Source of the DNA: Dehalococcoidia bacterium
GTDB lineage: Bacteria; Chloroflexota; Dehalococcoidia; Lucifugimonadales; UBA3495
Direction of reading: 5' to 3'
Length of the DNA stretch: 64,000 nt
Assembly (NCBI GenBank): GCA_964291335.2
Contig: OZ219748.1
Coordinates: forward strand, 609,479 to 673,478
Shown here piece after piece: positions 9,593 through 18,991 of the stretch; positions within the stretch are counted from its first letter, which is position 1; each line of letters begins with the position of its first letter. Under the pieces are notes generated by a model. It saw nothing but the letters and a program-made list of their open reading frames with translations. It ran no database searches and had not been told where the DNA came from. Both the position numbers and the translations under genes were made by a program.

Positions 9593-10582
9593 CTACCGAA
9601 AAGAAAGGGCCACCCGTTCCAGGAATATTTCCAGTTGCCGCTCCGGCTCGAACGAGGCAAAGCGAACCACCACGGTTTGCGCTCCGGCAGCTACATATTC
9701 GGCTACCCGAAAGGCGACCCGCTCCGGATCGCCAAAAGGCCCCCAGCGGGAACCCCAGATATTGGCTCCATAGTAGCCCAGCAGGTATTCCTCCGCCTCG
9801 GCTTCAGCCCGGGATACATCCGGGTCCATGTTGACCGTCAAATACATGACCGTTGAAAGGGACGCCGGATCCCGGCCGGCAGCGGCGGCCTGTTCCCGCA
9901 CTGCCGCCACTACCTGACGGTATTCTTCAGGGGTATCTGAAATGGATATCAGGCCGTCAGCTAACTGCCCGGCCCGGCGGAACTGGGCCTCCCGCGCTGG
10001 GGAACGCCAGTGGCACGCCAGGTAAATGGGAACCCCGTTGGCCTGTACCGGCTTCGGCGCAACGCTTACTGCATCCAGGCTGAAGTGGCGGCCAGTGAAA
10101 GATAATGGCGCTTCCCGACCTAACCCCTTCACAATTTTGACCATCTCTTCCAGTCGCCCGGCCCGGCGTCGGGCATTAACTCCGGCCGACTGCCATTCCT
10201 GCCGCTGTTCGGCATTAAACGCCCCGCCTGCGCCGGCGGCAATCAGCAGACGGCCCCGGGAGATTAAGTCCACCGTGCCGAGGGTCTGGGCCAGCAGAAC
10301 CGGGCTCCGCAGGGCCATCAGCAGTACCGCCGTGCCCAGACGGACCCGGCTGGTCCGGGCGGCAACCGCGGCCAAAGTGGTCAGCGGCTCCAGGCGTGGC
10401 TTGGCCGTTAGGCTGTCGCCAACCCACACCGAACCCAGGCCCGCCGCTTCTGCCCGGCAGGCCAGGTCAATGATGCGGTCAGCGCTTCCCGGCGGCGAAC
10501 CGGCCAGCAGCAAGCCGCGGGTCGGCAGCAGTATCCCCAGTTCAGCCGCCGGCGAAGCGATTTCAGTTGAAGCTTGAGCCAT
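9593..10582 (-). CDS. LLM-class (luciferase-like) flavin/F420-dependent oxidoreductase
   Basis: 329-aa TIM-barrel LLM pattern (GSVWVGDSL, RLGTAVLLMALRSPVLLAQ). It overlaps the cofC stop, so it appears co-transcribed with the F420 genes. F420 dependence is inferred from context. Confidence 0.7.
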   Translation of the reverse strand: MAQASTEIASPAAELGILLPTRGLLLAGSPPGSADRIIDLACRAEAAGLGSVWVGDSLTAKPRLEPLTTLAAVAARTSRVRLGTAVLLMALRSPVLLAQTLGTVDLISRGRLLIAAGAGGAFNAEQRQEWQSAGVNARRRAGRLEEMVKIVKGLGREAPLSFTGRHFSLDAVSVAPKPVQANGVPIYLACHWRSPAREAQFRRAGQLADGLISISDTPEEYRQVVAAVREQAAAAGRDPASLSTVMYLTVNMDPDVSRAEAEAEEYLLGYYGANIWGSRWGPFGDPERVAFRVAEYVAAGAQTVVVRFASFEPERQLEIFLERVALSFR

Positions 10583-11261
10583 CGTCGCCTCGCTGGCTGG
10601 CCATTTCGGCGGTGTCAGCCGGCTTGACGCCAGGCATCAGTCGTTGCAGCAAATCCGGCTCCTTCTGTCGGAACATTTCCAGGTCTTCCCAGATATCCAG
10701 GTCGTACCCCAGGCCTTCGCTGTAACAAATAGATACCGAGATACCCAGCCTGGCAGCCTGGCTCAGGTGTTTGCTGAAGCTGCGGTTGCCCAATTCCGGC
10801 TTGAACGCCAGTTTTGGTGGAATCAATATCCCGTTAGTGCCGGAATCCCGGCGCGCCGGCGCCAGTACGATGTTCCGACCATGGCCGGCCGAGCGCAGAA
10901 GGGTAGTCAGGTCTCCGGCTTTCAGGAAGGGTAAATCTCCGGGAATATAGAGGGCGCCATAACCCCGCGCCGATGCCCGGTCAAAGGATTTATCCATTGT
11001 ATCGTTCAGGTTGCGCCCCGGGTCTTCCATCCAAAGGCCGTCAAAGTTACGGGTCAGGTTGCGAATCCGCCAATCTCCCCCAACCACCCAGAAGAGTTCC
11101 AGCGAGGCGCCTTTGATTGCCATGATTACCCGGCGCAGCATTCCGAGTACCAGGTCGCCTCGCTCTTCGGCAGTCATGTGGCGAGATAACCGGGTTTTGC
11201 ATTCAGCCAGCGGCTTCATCGGGATAATGGGGATAATGCCACTTTCAACCGGCGACGTCAT
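10563..11261 (-). CDS. cofC: 2-phospho-L-lactate (or PEP) guanylyltransferase CofC/FbiD
   Basis: IIPMKPLAECKTRLS signature near the N-terminus and a nucleotidyltransferase fold length. The start is either 11261 (MTSPV) or 11285. Confidence 0.8.
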   Translation of the reverse strand: MTSPVESGIIPIIPMKPLAECKTRLSRHMTAEERGDLVLGMLRRVIMAIKGASLELFWVVGGDWRIRNLTRNFDGLWMEDPGRNLNDTMDKSFDRASARGYGALYIPGDLPFLKAGDLTTLLRSAGHGRNIVLAPARRDSGTNGILIPPKLAFKPELGNRSFSKHLSQAARLGISVSICYSEGLGYDLDIWEDLEMFRQKEPDLLQRLMPGVKPADTAEMASQRGDDGSSFN

Positions 11262-12216
11262 TGCTGCCTCCCGTTTCCAGGACAATTCGGGCCAGCGCCA
11301 CTTTGTCCGCTTCCCCTCGCATTATAATCGGCGCTGCCATCGGACGAATACCCAGGTTGGCAATCTGCGGCGCCAGAGAACAATCCTGTTCATCCAGGAT
11401 GAATACATCGCAAAGATCCCGATACATTGCCGCCACCCCGACGCTGGTAGCTTCATGCCCCAGTTGAGCCATGAGCCTGGCCGCCGGCCCCTGCACTGCC
11501 TGCCCTCCCACAATGGGGCTGATTGCCACCCGAACCCGGCCGGAGCGGCGCTGCCGCAAAGACTCCCTGACCCCGGACACGGCCAGCATCGGCCCCAGAC
11601 TGAGGATTGGGTTGGATGGACAAAGAACTACCAGGTCCGCTTCAGCGAGGGCGGAGGAAAAACCCGGCGAGGGCTGTGCCGCAACCGCACCCCGGTACTC
11701 TACCTGCCGCGCCGCCGGCTCGCTGCGATGCCGGACAAAATAGTCCTGCATGGCCAGAACGCCGGCTTCCGTGTCAAGAAAAGTACGCACCGGGTCATCG
11801 GACATAGGCATTATCGTATGGACAACCCCCAAAGCCCGGCATAACTCGGCGGTAACGCCGGATAGAGTAGCGCCTTCCTTAAGCAGCTGGGTGCGCCGGA
11901 TATGGGTCGCCAGGTCTCGATCCCCCAGGTTAAACCAGGTTTCCGCGCCGTATCGCCCCAGCATCTCCAGGGCGCGGAAGGTCTCTCCGGCTATCCCCCA
12001 GCCGGTGGCCGGGTTGGCCAACCCGGCCAGAGTGTATAGCATGGTATCCAGGTCCGGAGAAACGTGCAGACCGTGGAAAGTCTCATCGTCTCCGGTATTA
12101 ACCGCAATGGTGAGCCGGCCCGGCGGCAACAACCGGGCCAGCCCCAGGGCCAGCTTGGCGCCGCCGACGCCGCCGGCCAGGGCCAGCACATTATTTGAAT
12201 ACGACGGGTATGACAC
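11245..12216 (-). CDS. cofD: 2-phospho-L-lactate transferase CofD/FbiA
   Basis: VLALAGGVGGAKLALGL N-terminal motif, NTGDD, and CPSNPILSLGP. Confidence 0.88.
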   Translation of the reverse strand: MSYPSYSNNVLALAGGVGGAKLALGLARLLPPGRLTIAVNTGDDETFHGLHVSPDLDTMLYTLAGLANPATGWGIAGETFRALEMLGRYGAETWFNLGDRDLATHIRRTQLLKEGATLSGVTAELCRALGVVHTIMPMSDDPVRTFLDTEAGVLAMQDYFVRHRSEPAARQVEYRGAVAAQPSPGFSSALAEADLVVLCPSNPILSLGPMLAVSGVRESLRQRRSGRVRVAISPIVGGQAVQGPAARLMAQLGHEATSVGVAAMYRDLCDVFILDEQDCSLAPQIANLGIRPMAAPIIMRGEADKVALARIVLETGGSNDVAG

Positions 12217-12233
12217 CGTGCTGCCGCAGCGCC

Positions 12234-13565
12234 TCAGGGACGGCTTTTCGCCGCCGGCTGGGTGGCTTGCCGGGGGTGCTCGAACCGGAAAGTGTCCAGC
12301 TTAACCAAACGCTGGTAAGAACCGAAAATCGCCTCCACATCCTCGCCCACCAGGTCCAGAGGGTCAACCTGGCTGTCATCCTGGCCGAACACCCGCTTAA
12401 CCTGATAGGTGGTATAGCGCTCGGCCGGCACGCGGCCGGCCTGGCGAATCATCTGGCGGAACTCAGCAGGCCGCATCAGCTGCCCATGCCGGGCGCCGGC
12501 CGAAGTAGAAATACTCTCGTTAATCAGGGTGCCACCCAGGTCGTTAACGCCGGCGGTCAGCAGCAACTGAGACATCCGGCTGCCTTCCTTAACCCATGAG
12601 GCCTGAATATTAGGAATCCAGTTGTTCAACATAATGCGCGCTACCGCGTGAACCCTGATAACATCCATTCCGGTGGGGCCGGGCCGCACGTTGGGCGTCA
12701 GGTTCTGCATAAACATAGGGGCTTCGGTGTTGACAAAACTCAGCGGCACAAACTCGGTAAAGCCCCCGGTGTCCTGCTGAATATCACGAAGCAACCCTAT
12801 GTGCCGGGCAATCTGTTCATTGGTTTCCAGGTGCCCGAACATTACCGTAGCGGTGGTGGGAATGCCCAGTTGGTGGGCCGTGGTAATCACCTCTACCCAC
12901 TGGTCAACGCTAATCCGCCCGGGGGATATGCGGTCGCGCAGTTCCTGGTCCAGGATTTCCGCCGAGGTTCCGGGGAGGCTGCCCACGCCCGCCTGCCGCA
13001 AGCCTTGCAGGTACTCGCGGATGGTGCAGCGGGACCGCACTGAGCCATAAAGCACCTCCTCCGGCGAAAAACCGTGAATGTGCATCTCCGGCAGTTCTTC
13101 GGTAATCGCCCGGCACAGCTTTATGTAAAGGCCCCCTTCCATTTGCGGAGGCAAGCCAGCCTGAATACAGACTTCCGTAGCCCCGTACTCCCAGGCCTCC
13201 CGGGCTCGCCGGACAATCTCATCAACCGGCAGAAAATAGCCCTCTTCCTCGCGAAAGTCCCGGCTGAAAGCGCAAAACCCGCAGCGCTTGATGCAAACAT
13301 TGGTAAAGTTAACATTGCGGTTAACCACGTAGGTAACCAAGTCGCCCACAGTACGACGGCGCAACTCGTCGGCCACCATAGTCAAGGCGTTGAACTCCAA
13401 CCCGCCGGCGGCCAGCAAAGCTGACGCGTCGGCAATGGAAACATCCTTGCCGGCCAGAGCGTCATCCAGCGGACGGGCTGCCGTCGGGTTGAGCCGGGAA
13501 AGCAAGGATGAAAGGCTGCTGGCGCTGGCGCGGTCAACAGCCGGCTGGTCAATTCCTTCGGACAT
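12234..13565 (-). CDS. cofH: FO synthase subunit 2 (7,8-didemethyl-8-hydroxy-5-deazariboflavin synthase CofH), radical SAM
   Basis: Radical SAM cluster motif CIKRCGFCAF. Family-typical length of 443 aa. Adjacent to cofG. Confidence 0.88.
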   Translation of the reverse strand: MSEGIDQPAVDRASASSLSSLLSRLNPTAARPLDDALAGKDVSIADASALLAAGGLEFNALTMVADELRRRTVGDLVTYVVNRNVNFTNVCIKRCGFCAFSRDFREEEGYFLPVDEIVRRAREAWEYGATEVCIQAGLPPQMEGGLYIKLCRAITEELPEMHIHGFSPEEVLYGSVRSRCTIREYLQGLRQAGVGSLPGTSAEILDQELRDRISPGRISVDQWVEVITTAHQLGIPTTATVMFGHLETNEQIARHIGLLRDIQQDTGGFTEFVPLSFVNTEAPMFMQNLTPNVRPGPTGMDVIRVHAVARIMLNNWIPNIQASWVKEGSRMSQLLLTAGVNDLGGTLINESISTSAGARHGQLMRPAEFRQMIRQAGRVPAERYTTYQVKRVFGQDDSQVDPLDLVGEDVEAIFGSYQRLVKLDTFRFEHPRQATQPAAKSRP

Positions 13566-14820
13566 ACCGTTCCATTCCTCCCTTTACGTACCCCTGCTCG
13601 TCCGCTCGCGACCTTATCCGCTCTCGCAAGGGGAGCGGAAGCCGGCTTTGCGAACCCATAAAATACTCCGGATAAACCGGCAGCCGAGGACGCAGCTCAA
13701 ACCCTTTTTCAATCGTCTCAGCCTGCAAGTCGGCCAGCCCGGGCCAGGGCGCTTCCGGGTTTACGTAGTCGATGGTCAGCGGGGAAACTCCGCCCCAGTC
13801 ATTGATGCCGGCCAGAAGAGCGGCCGGATAGTCCCGCGCGTTCAAGTTGGGCGGCGCTTGCAGGTTGGCTTCCGGCCCCAGCAGAATACGCGCCACTGCG
13901 GCCGTCCAGAGCAGTTCATCGGCCGGCGCATCGGCAGCTCCGGCCATCGGCGTATCGGGTTTTGCCCGAAAGTTCTGGATAATTACCTCCTGAATGTGCC
14001 CATAAGTTCGGTGCAGACGGCGAATAGCCAACAGGGCTTCAACGCGCTCCTGACGCGTTTCACCGATGCCGATTAACAGCCCGGTAGTGAAGGGAATGCC
14101 CAGTTCGCCGGCCAGCTCCAGCGTGCGCAGCCGCACTCTGGGCCGCTTGCTGGGAGCAAATTCGTGGGGGCCGCCCTTCCCGTACAGCCGCGGGCTGACG
14201 CTTTCCAGCATTAAACCCATCGAGGGATTATACGGCTGCAAGGCCGCCAACTCCCGCCGACTCATCGTTCCCGGGTTGGCATGGGGCAACAGAGATGTCT
14301 CCTCCAGCACCATACGACACATGGCGGACAGGTATTCCAAAGTAGTTGCGTAGCCCCGCCGCCGCAGCCATTCCCGGGCTTCCGGGTAGCGCTGTTCCGG
14401 CCGTTCTCCCAGAGTAAAAAGCGCTTCGGAGCAGCCCAGCCGCTGTCCGGCCCGGGCTACTTTCAACACTTCTTCAGGAGACAAGTATAGTTCAGGGGCA
14501 GTATCCGGGCTTTGACGGAAAGTACAGTAGCCGCAAAAATCCCGACAAAGGCGGGTCAAAGGAATGAACACCTTGGGCGAGAAGGTAACCGTTTTCCCTT
14601 TGCCCCGGTCGCGCAACCCGGCAGCAGCGGCGCACAGGTCAGAAAGGGGAAAGGCTGCCGGGTCAACCAACTGCAAGGCCTGCCGGTCGTCTGTTTCCCT
14701 TTCCGTTGCAAACCTGGCCAACCGGCTTCGGCAAGCCGCAACCGACAGCGCCCCTTCCTTGCTGGCGGAAGTGGAAAGGGCAGTTGCGTCCGAAATCGGG
14801 CCGGTGGCTGGTGCGGTCAA
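13549..14820 (-). CDS. cofG: FO synthase subunit 1 (CofG), radical SAM
   Basis: CRDFCGYCTF radical SAM motif. Overlaps the cofH start by 17 nt. Confidence 0.85.
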   Translation of the reverse strand: MTAPATGPISDATALSTSASKEGALSVAACRSRLARFATERETDDRQALQLVDPAAFPLSDLCAAAAGLRDRGKGKTVTFSPKVFIPLTRLCRDFCGYCTFRQSPDTAPELYLSPEEVLKVARAGQRLGCSEALFTLGERPEQRYPEAREWLRRRGYATTLEYLSAMCRMVLEETSLLPHANPGTMSRRELAALQPYNPSMGLMLESVSPRLYGKGGPHEFAPSKRPRVRLRTLELAGELGIPFTTGLLIGIGETRQERVEALLAIRRLHRTYGHIQEVIIQNFRAKPDTPMAGAADAPADELLWTAAVARILLGPEANLQAPPNLNARDYPAALLAGINDWGGVSPLTIDYVNPEAPWPGLADLQAETIEKGFELRPRLPVYPEYFMGSQSRLPLPLRERIRSRADEQGYVKGGMERYVRRN

Positions 14821-15008
14821 GCTAACCCCGCATTATTAAAGTTCGTGCGCCCTGAATGTAGATGGTCATTTTACTCTCTGCGGATACCTCTAGCAACCGG
14901 AGCTGCGGGCTGACAATTCTCGCCAGAGCGCCCTACCCGGCCAAGGCCGGCGTCCCGGTATGCCCGGGCTAACCCACCTGCTGCCGAGGATTATGCCCCG
15001 GGTATTCA

Positions 15009-15039
15009 CAAAAAATCAGCCCGGCATGCCCGAGCTGAT
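15009..15039 (-). terminator. Intrinsic terminator downstream of the NIPSNAP gene
   Basis: On the - strand: ATCAGCTCGG, a gcat loop, CCGGGCTGAT, followed by TTTTTTG. Confidence 0.6.
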
Positions 15040-15041
15040 CG

Positions 15042-15365
15042 CTACTGCATCGGCGAGTATTCCGTGGGACGCAGAATCATGTTGCGCACCCGGGCATTGA
15101 TGGGGCCATCCTTTTCCGTCTCGGCCCGCACTTGCTGCCAGCCCGGGTCAGCCTGAAAGGCGGCCCACTTGCTTTCCCGGTCAGCCAGGCTGTCGTAGCC
15201 CAACATATAGACCAGCTGGTTGCTGACGCCGATGTCCTCTGTCCAGAAACCGACAACGTGAATGCCGTGCTTCCGGAAGAAATCAAGAGTATGGCTGGCA
15301 AAGCGGGCATTCAAGTCCGGCAGCCGGCCGGGTATCGTTTCGTAGATACGCAATTCGTAAATCAT
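15042..15365 (-). CDS. NIPSNAP family protein
   Basis: MIYELRIYETIPGRLPDLNARF is a typical NIPSNAP N-terminus. GGGAGG lies 4 nt upstream of the ATG at 15365. Confidence 0.75.
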   Translation of the reverse strand: MIYELRIYETIPGRLPDLNARFASHTLDFFRKHGIHVVGFWTEDIGVSNQLVYMLGYDSLADRESKWAAFQADPGWQQVRAETEKDGPINARVRNMILRPTEYSPMQ

Positions 15366-15429
15366 GACGCCTCCCAAAATGGTTGCTGAACAATCTCAAA
15401 AGGACCGCAGCAAAATATGATGCCGGAAA

Positions 15430-16515
15430 TCAAAACCCGGTCAGGCGGCCCTGGTCGCCGGGCTCTTCGGCTCCTTTCCAGAAACGGCCCAGATGCTCGT
15501 AGGCATGGCGGGTAGCCATGCGTCCCCGGGGGGTGCGTTCCAGGAAACCCAGCTGCATCAGATAAGGCTCCCAAACCTCCATCACCGTGTTCGAATCCTC
15601 GCTTATTGAGGAGGCCAGGGTTTCCAGGCCCACCGGCCCGCCATTGAACTTGTCGATAATGTTATTGAGCAGCTTGTGGTCTGCTGCGTCCAGCCCCAAC
15701 TGGTCCACCCGCAACCGATCAAGGGCCTCCTGCGCCACCGCGCCGGTTATCTCGTTATCGGCCAGCACCAGCGCGTAGTCTCTGGTACGCTTAAGCAGCC
15801 GATTGGCAACGCGCGGGGTGCCCCTTGACCGGGCGGCAATCTGGGAGGCCCCCGCAGCATCGGCGGTAACGCCCAGGATAGCCGCCGACCGCTGTACGAC
15901 CAGTTCCATATCCGGCTGGTCGTAGTATTCCAGCCGGAAAACCGAGCCGAAACGGTCGCGAAGGGGCCCGCTAATCAGGGAAAAGCGGGTGGTAGCCCCG
16001 ATTAAAGTGAAGGGGCTGATACGCAGGTTTATGCTGCGCGCCGCCAGCCCTTTCCCGACCATCCAGGAAAGGAAGAAATCCTCCATGGCTGAATAAAGCA
16101 CTTCCTCTACTACCCGGTGCAGCCGATGAATTTCGTCAATAAACAGAATGTCGTCGGGCTGCAACGCAGTAAGGATGGCCGCCATATCGCCGGCGCGCTC
16201 AATGGCCGGGCCGGAGGTTACCTTGATGTTGACGCCCATTTCGTGGGCAATGATATGGGCCAGGGTGGTTTTGCCCAAACCCGGGGGGCCATAAAGTATA
16301 ATATGATCCAGCGGTTCGCCGCGCTGCCTGGCCGCCTGGATGCCAATGCTCAAGTTATCTTTGACCGGAGACTGGCCGACAAACTCGGCGAGCCGCCGCG
16401 GCCGCAGCGAAACGTCCAGCGGGACATCCTCCTGCTGGGCGGCGTCAGAGACTATTCGTTCTTGCGGCGCGGCGTTGCTTTCTAAATCAGCCAAAACGTA
16501 CCTGAAAGGCGCCAA
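15430..16515 (-). CDS. ruvB: Holliday junction branch migration helicase RuvB
   Basis: [12 protein letters not shown], Walker [18 protein letters not shown], and sensor and winged-helix regions typical of RuvB. Confidence 0.95.
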   Translation of the reverse strand: MAPFRYVLADLESNAAPQERIVSDAAQQEDVPLDVSLRPRRLAEFVGQSPVKDNLSIGIQAARQRGEPLDHIILYGPPGLGKTTLAHIIAHEMGVNIKVTSGPAIERAGDMAAILTALQPDDILFIDEIHRLHRVVEEVLYSAMEDFFLSWMVGKGLAARSINLRISPFTLIGATTRFSLISGPLRDRFGSVFRLEYYDQPDMELVVQRSAAILGVTADAAGASQIAARSRGTPRVANRLLKRTRDYALVLADNEITGAVAQEALDRLRVDQLGLDAADHKLLNNIIDKFNGGPVGLETLASSISEDSNTVMEVWEPYLMQLGFLERTPRGRMATRHAYEHLGRFWKGAEEPGDQGRLTGF

Positions 16516-16616
16516 TGGGCGGTGGACAACGGCGCCGGAAGGCTTGCGGGCAGGAACTTCCCCTGCGGCTCATTCTAGGGTGGGCCGGTTCAAGCGTCAA
16601 GGAATGCCGCGTCAGG

Positions 16617-16764
16617 GGTATTCCCAATGCGCGTTGGTGTATCGTTCCCCCGCCCACGCGGGGATAGACCGCGAGCGGTATTCCCAATGCGTGTTGGTGT
16701 ATCGCTGCGGAGCGAAGTCCGGGGAGAGCATTAACCGGTATTCCCAATGTGTGTTGGTGTATCC
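16617..16764. repeat. 60-bp-period array: three 28-nt conserved units separated by two unique 32-nt segments (CRISPR-like geometry, no cas genes in window)
   Basis: Units GGTATTCCCAATGCGCGTTGGTGTATCG occur at 16617-16644, 16677-16704 (1 mismatch) and 16737-16764 (3 mismatches). Each has an internal hairpin CCAAT/GTTGG. The unique segments are 16645-16676 and 16705-16736. Confidence 0.7.
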
Positions 16765-16844
16765 CTTTAGGCCGGGAACCGGCCCGGGGACTGCCGGGTC
16801 GCCCGAAGCGTATCGGGCGGAACCCGGCATGCCCACCGGTCAGG

Positions 16845-18890
16845 TCAGGCGGCCTGCCGCCGCCGGTACAGATACACCCCGCCGGCAGCCAGAGCTACCA
16901 CCACCAGCCCAATTACTACCCACAGCAGCCAGTTGATGCCGCCCGGTTCTTCCGGCGGGGCCGGCGGCATCGGCGTCGGCGGTATGGCCGTCGCCGTCGG
17001 GGGCGGTACTGGCGTGGCCGTGGGTTCCACCTCGGCCAGGGCCGGGGCGGCCGTCGTGGCCGTCGACTCCGGGCGCACCGCATCCAGGGCGCGGTCCGGC
17101 AGCAGGGGCGTGGCCGTCGGCGCAGTCGTGGCCGTAGCTGTAGCTGTGGGCCGGCTGGTGGGCATCGCCGTGGCCGTGGGCTGCGCCGGCGTTGTTGCCG
17201 TGGCCGTGGGCGCTGGGGTGGCCGTTGGCGTGCGCATTGCCAACGGCGTCGGCGTCCGGGTGGGTACTGCCCGCCGGGTCGCCGTGGGAGTCCGCAGCAG
17301 CATTTCCGCCGGCAGCATGGTCGGCGTTGGCGTGCCGGTGGGCAGCGCCGGCGCTGTTGCCGTGGGCGTCCACATTGCCACCGTGGGTATGGCCGTGGGC
17401 GTCGCCGTCGGCGTGTTGGTCGGCGACGCCGGCGCGGTGGTGGCCGTCGGCGTGGGCGTGCTGGTGGCCGCTGCCACTACCCGGCGGGTCGGCGTCGGGG
17501 TCGGCATATCCGCCGGGGACGGTAGGTAGCCCTGAACCACTATGGGGTGCGGCGTATTGGTGGCTGTGGGCGTTGGCGTGTTGGTAGCCGTGGGCATTGG
17601 CGTGTCGGTGGGTGTGGGCGTGTCGGTGGCTGTGGGCGTGGGCGTGCTGGTGGCCGTGAGTGTTGGCGTGTCGGTGGGCGTGTTGGTGGCCGTGGGTGTT
17701 GGCGTGTTGGTGGGCGTGCTGGTGGCCGTGGGTGTTGGCGTGTTGGTGGCCGTGAGTGTTGGCGTGTCGGTGGGCGTGTTGGTGGCCGTGAGTGTTGGCG
17801 TGTCGGTGGGCGTGCTGGTAGCCGTGGGCGTGGGCGTGTTGGTGGGCGTGCTGGTGGCCGTGGGTGTTGGCGTGCTGGTAGCCGTGGGCGTGGGCGTGTC
17901 GGTGGGTGTGGGTGTTGGCGTGCTGGTAGCCGTGGGCGTTGGCGTGTCGGTGGGTGTGGGTGTTGGCGTGCTGGTAGCCGTGGGTGTGGGCGTGTCGGTG
18001 GGTGTGGGCGTGGGTGTATCGAAGGGCGTACTAGTCGCATGGACTACGGACCAAGGGCTATTGCCGGCGTCATTGACTGCCCGTAGCCGGAACTGGTAAT
18101 CGACCCCGTTTTCCAGCCCGGTTATAGTGTAGCTGCGGTCGGTCTCCTTGACGGTAACCACCGGGCTGCTGTCGGGCCAGCTTTCGCCCACTTTGCGATA
18201 CTGGAATTCGTACCGGGTTACCCCGGCGGTCAAGGGGACATAATGGACGGTTGCCTGCTTATCCCCGGCGTCCACTCGAGGTAATCGAGGCACCTCCGGA
18301 GGGCTCGGCGTTGAAGTGGGCGTCGGTGTGGGTGTATTTTCATACGTAGTGTCCGAAAGGGATATGGACCAAATGCTATTGCCGCCGTCATTGATCGCAC
18401 GCACCCGGAACTCGTAAGTCGTGCCAGCGTCCAGCCCGGTTATGGTGTAGCTGTTACTAGTGTCCTTGACTGTGACCGTGACGGTGGCGCCGCTGCTGGG
18501 CCAGCTTTCGCCCACTTTGCGATGCTGGAATTCGTACCGGGTTACCCCGCTAAGGACCTCATGATTGATGGTTATCTGCCGATCCCCGGCGACAGTCCCT
18601 TCGAGGGCCGGCTGAGGAGGTGGGGTCAGCGTTCCCGTCGGCGTTGGGGTGGGCGTCGGCGTATCCGTTGGCGTGCTGCCCTGGGCTTGCAGCGGTGTCG
18701 GCGACCCGGTGAAGGACAGGGTCAGTAAAAAAGGCCCGGCCAGCAGGATGACGAGCGACAGGGCCAGCCCCGGCAGGTTTCGGTCAATTCTCCGTAGATA
18801 GCCGTTCAGCCCAGCCCAAACTCGGGGGGGGGGGGGGGGGGGGGGGGTATTCATTCCGGAGCCGGGGCGGTGTCCGCCTTTATCTGCCAT
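16845..18890 (-). CDS. Cell-surface protein: N-terminal leader with poly-Pro, signal/anchor helix, two fibronectin type III domains, Thr/Pro repeat stalk, conserved C-terminal module with TM anchor
   Basis: 681 aa. [25 protein letters not shown], then [18 protein letters not shown]. Two Fn3-like units ([14 protein letters not shown]...[14 protein letters not shown] and [14 protein letters not shown]...[14 protein letters not shown]). [11 protein letters not shown] repeats. C-terminal [36 protein letters not shown] lies 7 nt upstream of the ATG. Confidence 0.85.
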   Translation of the reverse strand: MADKGGHRPGSGMNTPPPPPPPRVWAGLNGYLRRIDRNLPGLALSLVILLAGPFLLTLSFTGSPTPLQAQGSTPTDTPTPTPTPTGTLTPPPQPALEGTVAGDRQITINHEVLSGVTRYEFQHRKVGESWPSSGATVTVTVKDTSNSYTITGLDAGTTYEFRVRAINDGGNSIWSISLSDTTYENTPTPTPTSTPSPPEVPRLPRVDAGDKQATVHYVPLTAGVTRYEFQYRKVGESWPDSSPVVTVKETDRSYTITGLENGVDYQFRLRAVNDAGNSPWSVVHATSTPFDTPTPTPTDTPTPTATSTPTPTPTDTPTPTATSTPTPTPTDTPTPTATSTPTPTATSTPTNTPTPTATSTPTDTPTLTATNTPTDTPTLTATNTPTPTATSTPTNTPTPTATNTPTDTPTLTATSTPTPTATDTPTPTDTPMPTATNTPTPTATNTPHPIVVQGYLPSPADMPTPTPTRRVVAAATSTPTPTATTAPASPTNTPTATPTAIPTVAMWTPTATAPALPTGTPTPTMLPAEMLLRTPTATRRAVPTRTPTPLAMRTPTATPAPTATATTPAQPTATAMPTSRPTATATATTAPTATPLLPDRALDAVRPESTATTAAPALAEVEPTATPVPPPTATAIPPTPMPPAPPEEPGGINWLLWVVIGLVVVALAAGGVYLYRRRQAA
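17545..18020 (-). repeat. Coding tandem repeat (Thr/Pro-rich, [11 protein letters not shown]-type units)
   Basis: Visible periodic gtgggcgtgttggtggccgtg-type units on the + strand. All six frames are open here, which creates spurious track ORFs. Confidence 0.8.
18824..18847 (-). repeat. Homopolymeric tract, G24 on + strand (C24 on coding strand), within the 5' coding region
   Basis: Counted directly: 7+10+7 G across 18824-18847. It encodes T-P7 in the leader of the 16845-18890 gene. Confidence 0.9.
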
Positions 18891-18958
18891 AGCTTACCTC
18901 GTCAGGATATTGGTTTGGTTGAAGCAGCCCTGTTCCCGTCTGCTGGTTGCGGCTATGG

Positions 18959-18991
18959 ATTTTAGCAGAGAAGTTCCGGCGGGGGAATACC
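18959..18991 (-). promoter_or_regulatory. Promoter-like module shared with the paralog: TATTCCC-N15-TGCTAAAAT
   Basis: The - strand reads GGTATTCCCccgccggaacttctcTGCTAAAAT, about 65 nt upstream of the ATG at 18890. The same architecture and spacing occur at 25399-25429. Confidence 0.4.

Noticed and set aside
8768-9856. 362-aa plus-strand ORF.
   Set aside because: It is antisense to fabI and the 3' end of the LLM oxidoreductase gene.
16626-16639. The palindromic core CCAATGCGCGTTGG upstream of ruvB as a LexA/SOS box.
   Set aside because: It does not match known LexA consensus sequences (CGAACN4GTTCG or CTGT-N8-ACAG types). It is repeated three times at 60-bp spacing, unlike SOS operators.
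16617-16764. Calling this a bona fide active CRISPR array.
   Set aside because: There are only three units, there are no cas genes in 64 kb, a diverged inverted copy of the unit exists at 19205-19240, and an inverted half-copy precedes the array. These features are more typical of REP/BIME-like elements. It is reported as a repeat and as a finding, not as CRISPR.
16749-18099. Alternative-frame ORFs over the first surface-protein gene: 258 aa, 198 aa, 185 aa and 179 aa on +, and 177 aa and 166 aa on -.
   Set aside because: The same repeat artefact applies. Only the 16845-18890 minus frame yields recognisable domains and homology to the paralog.
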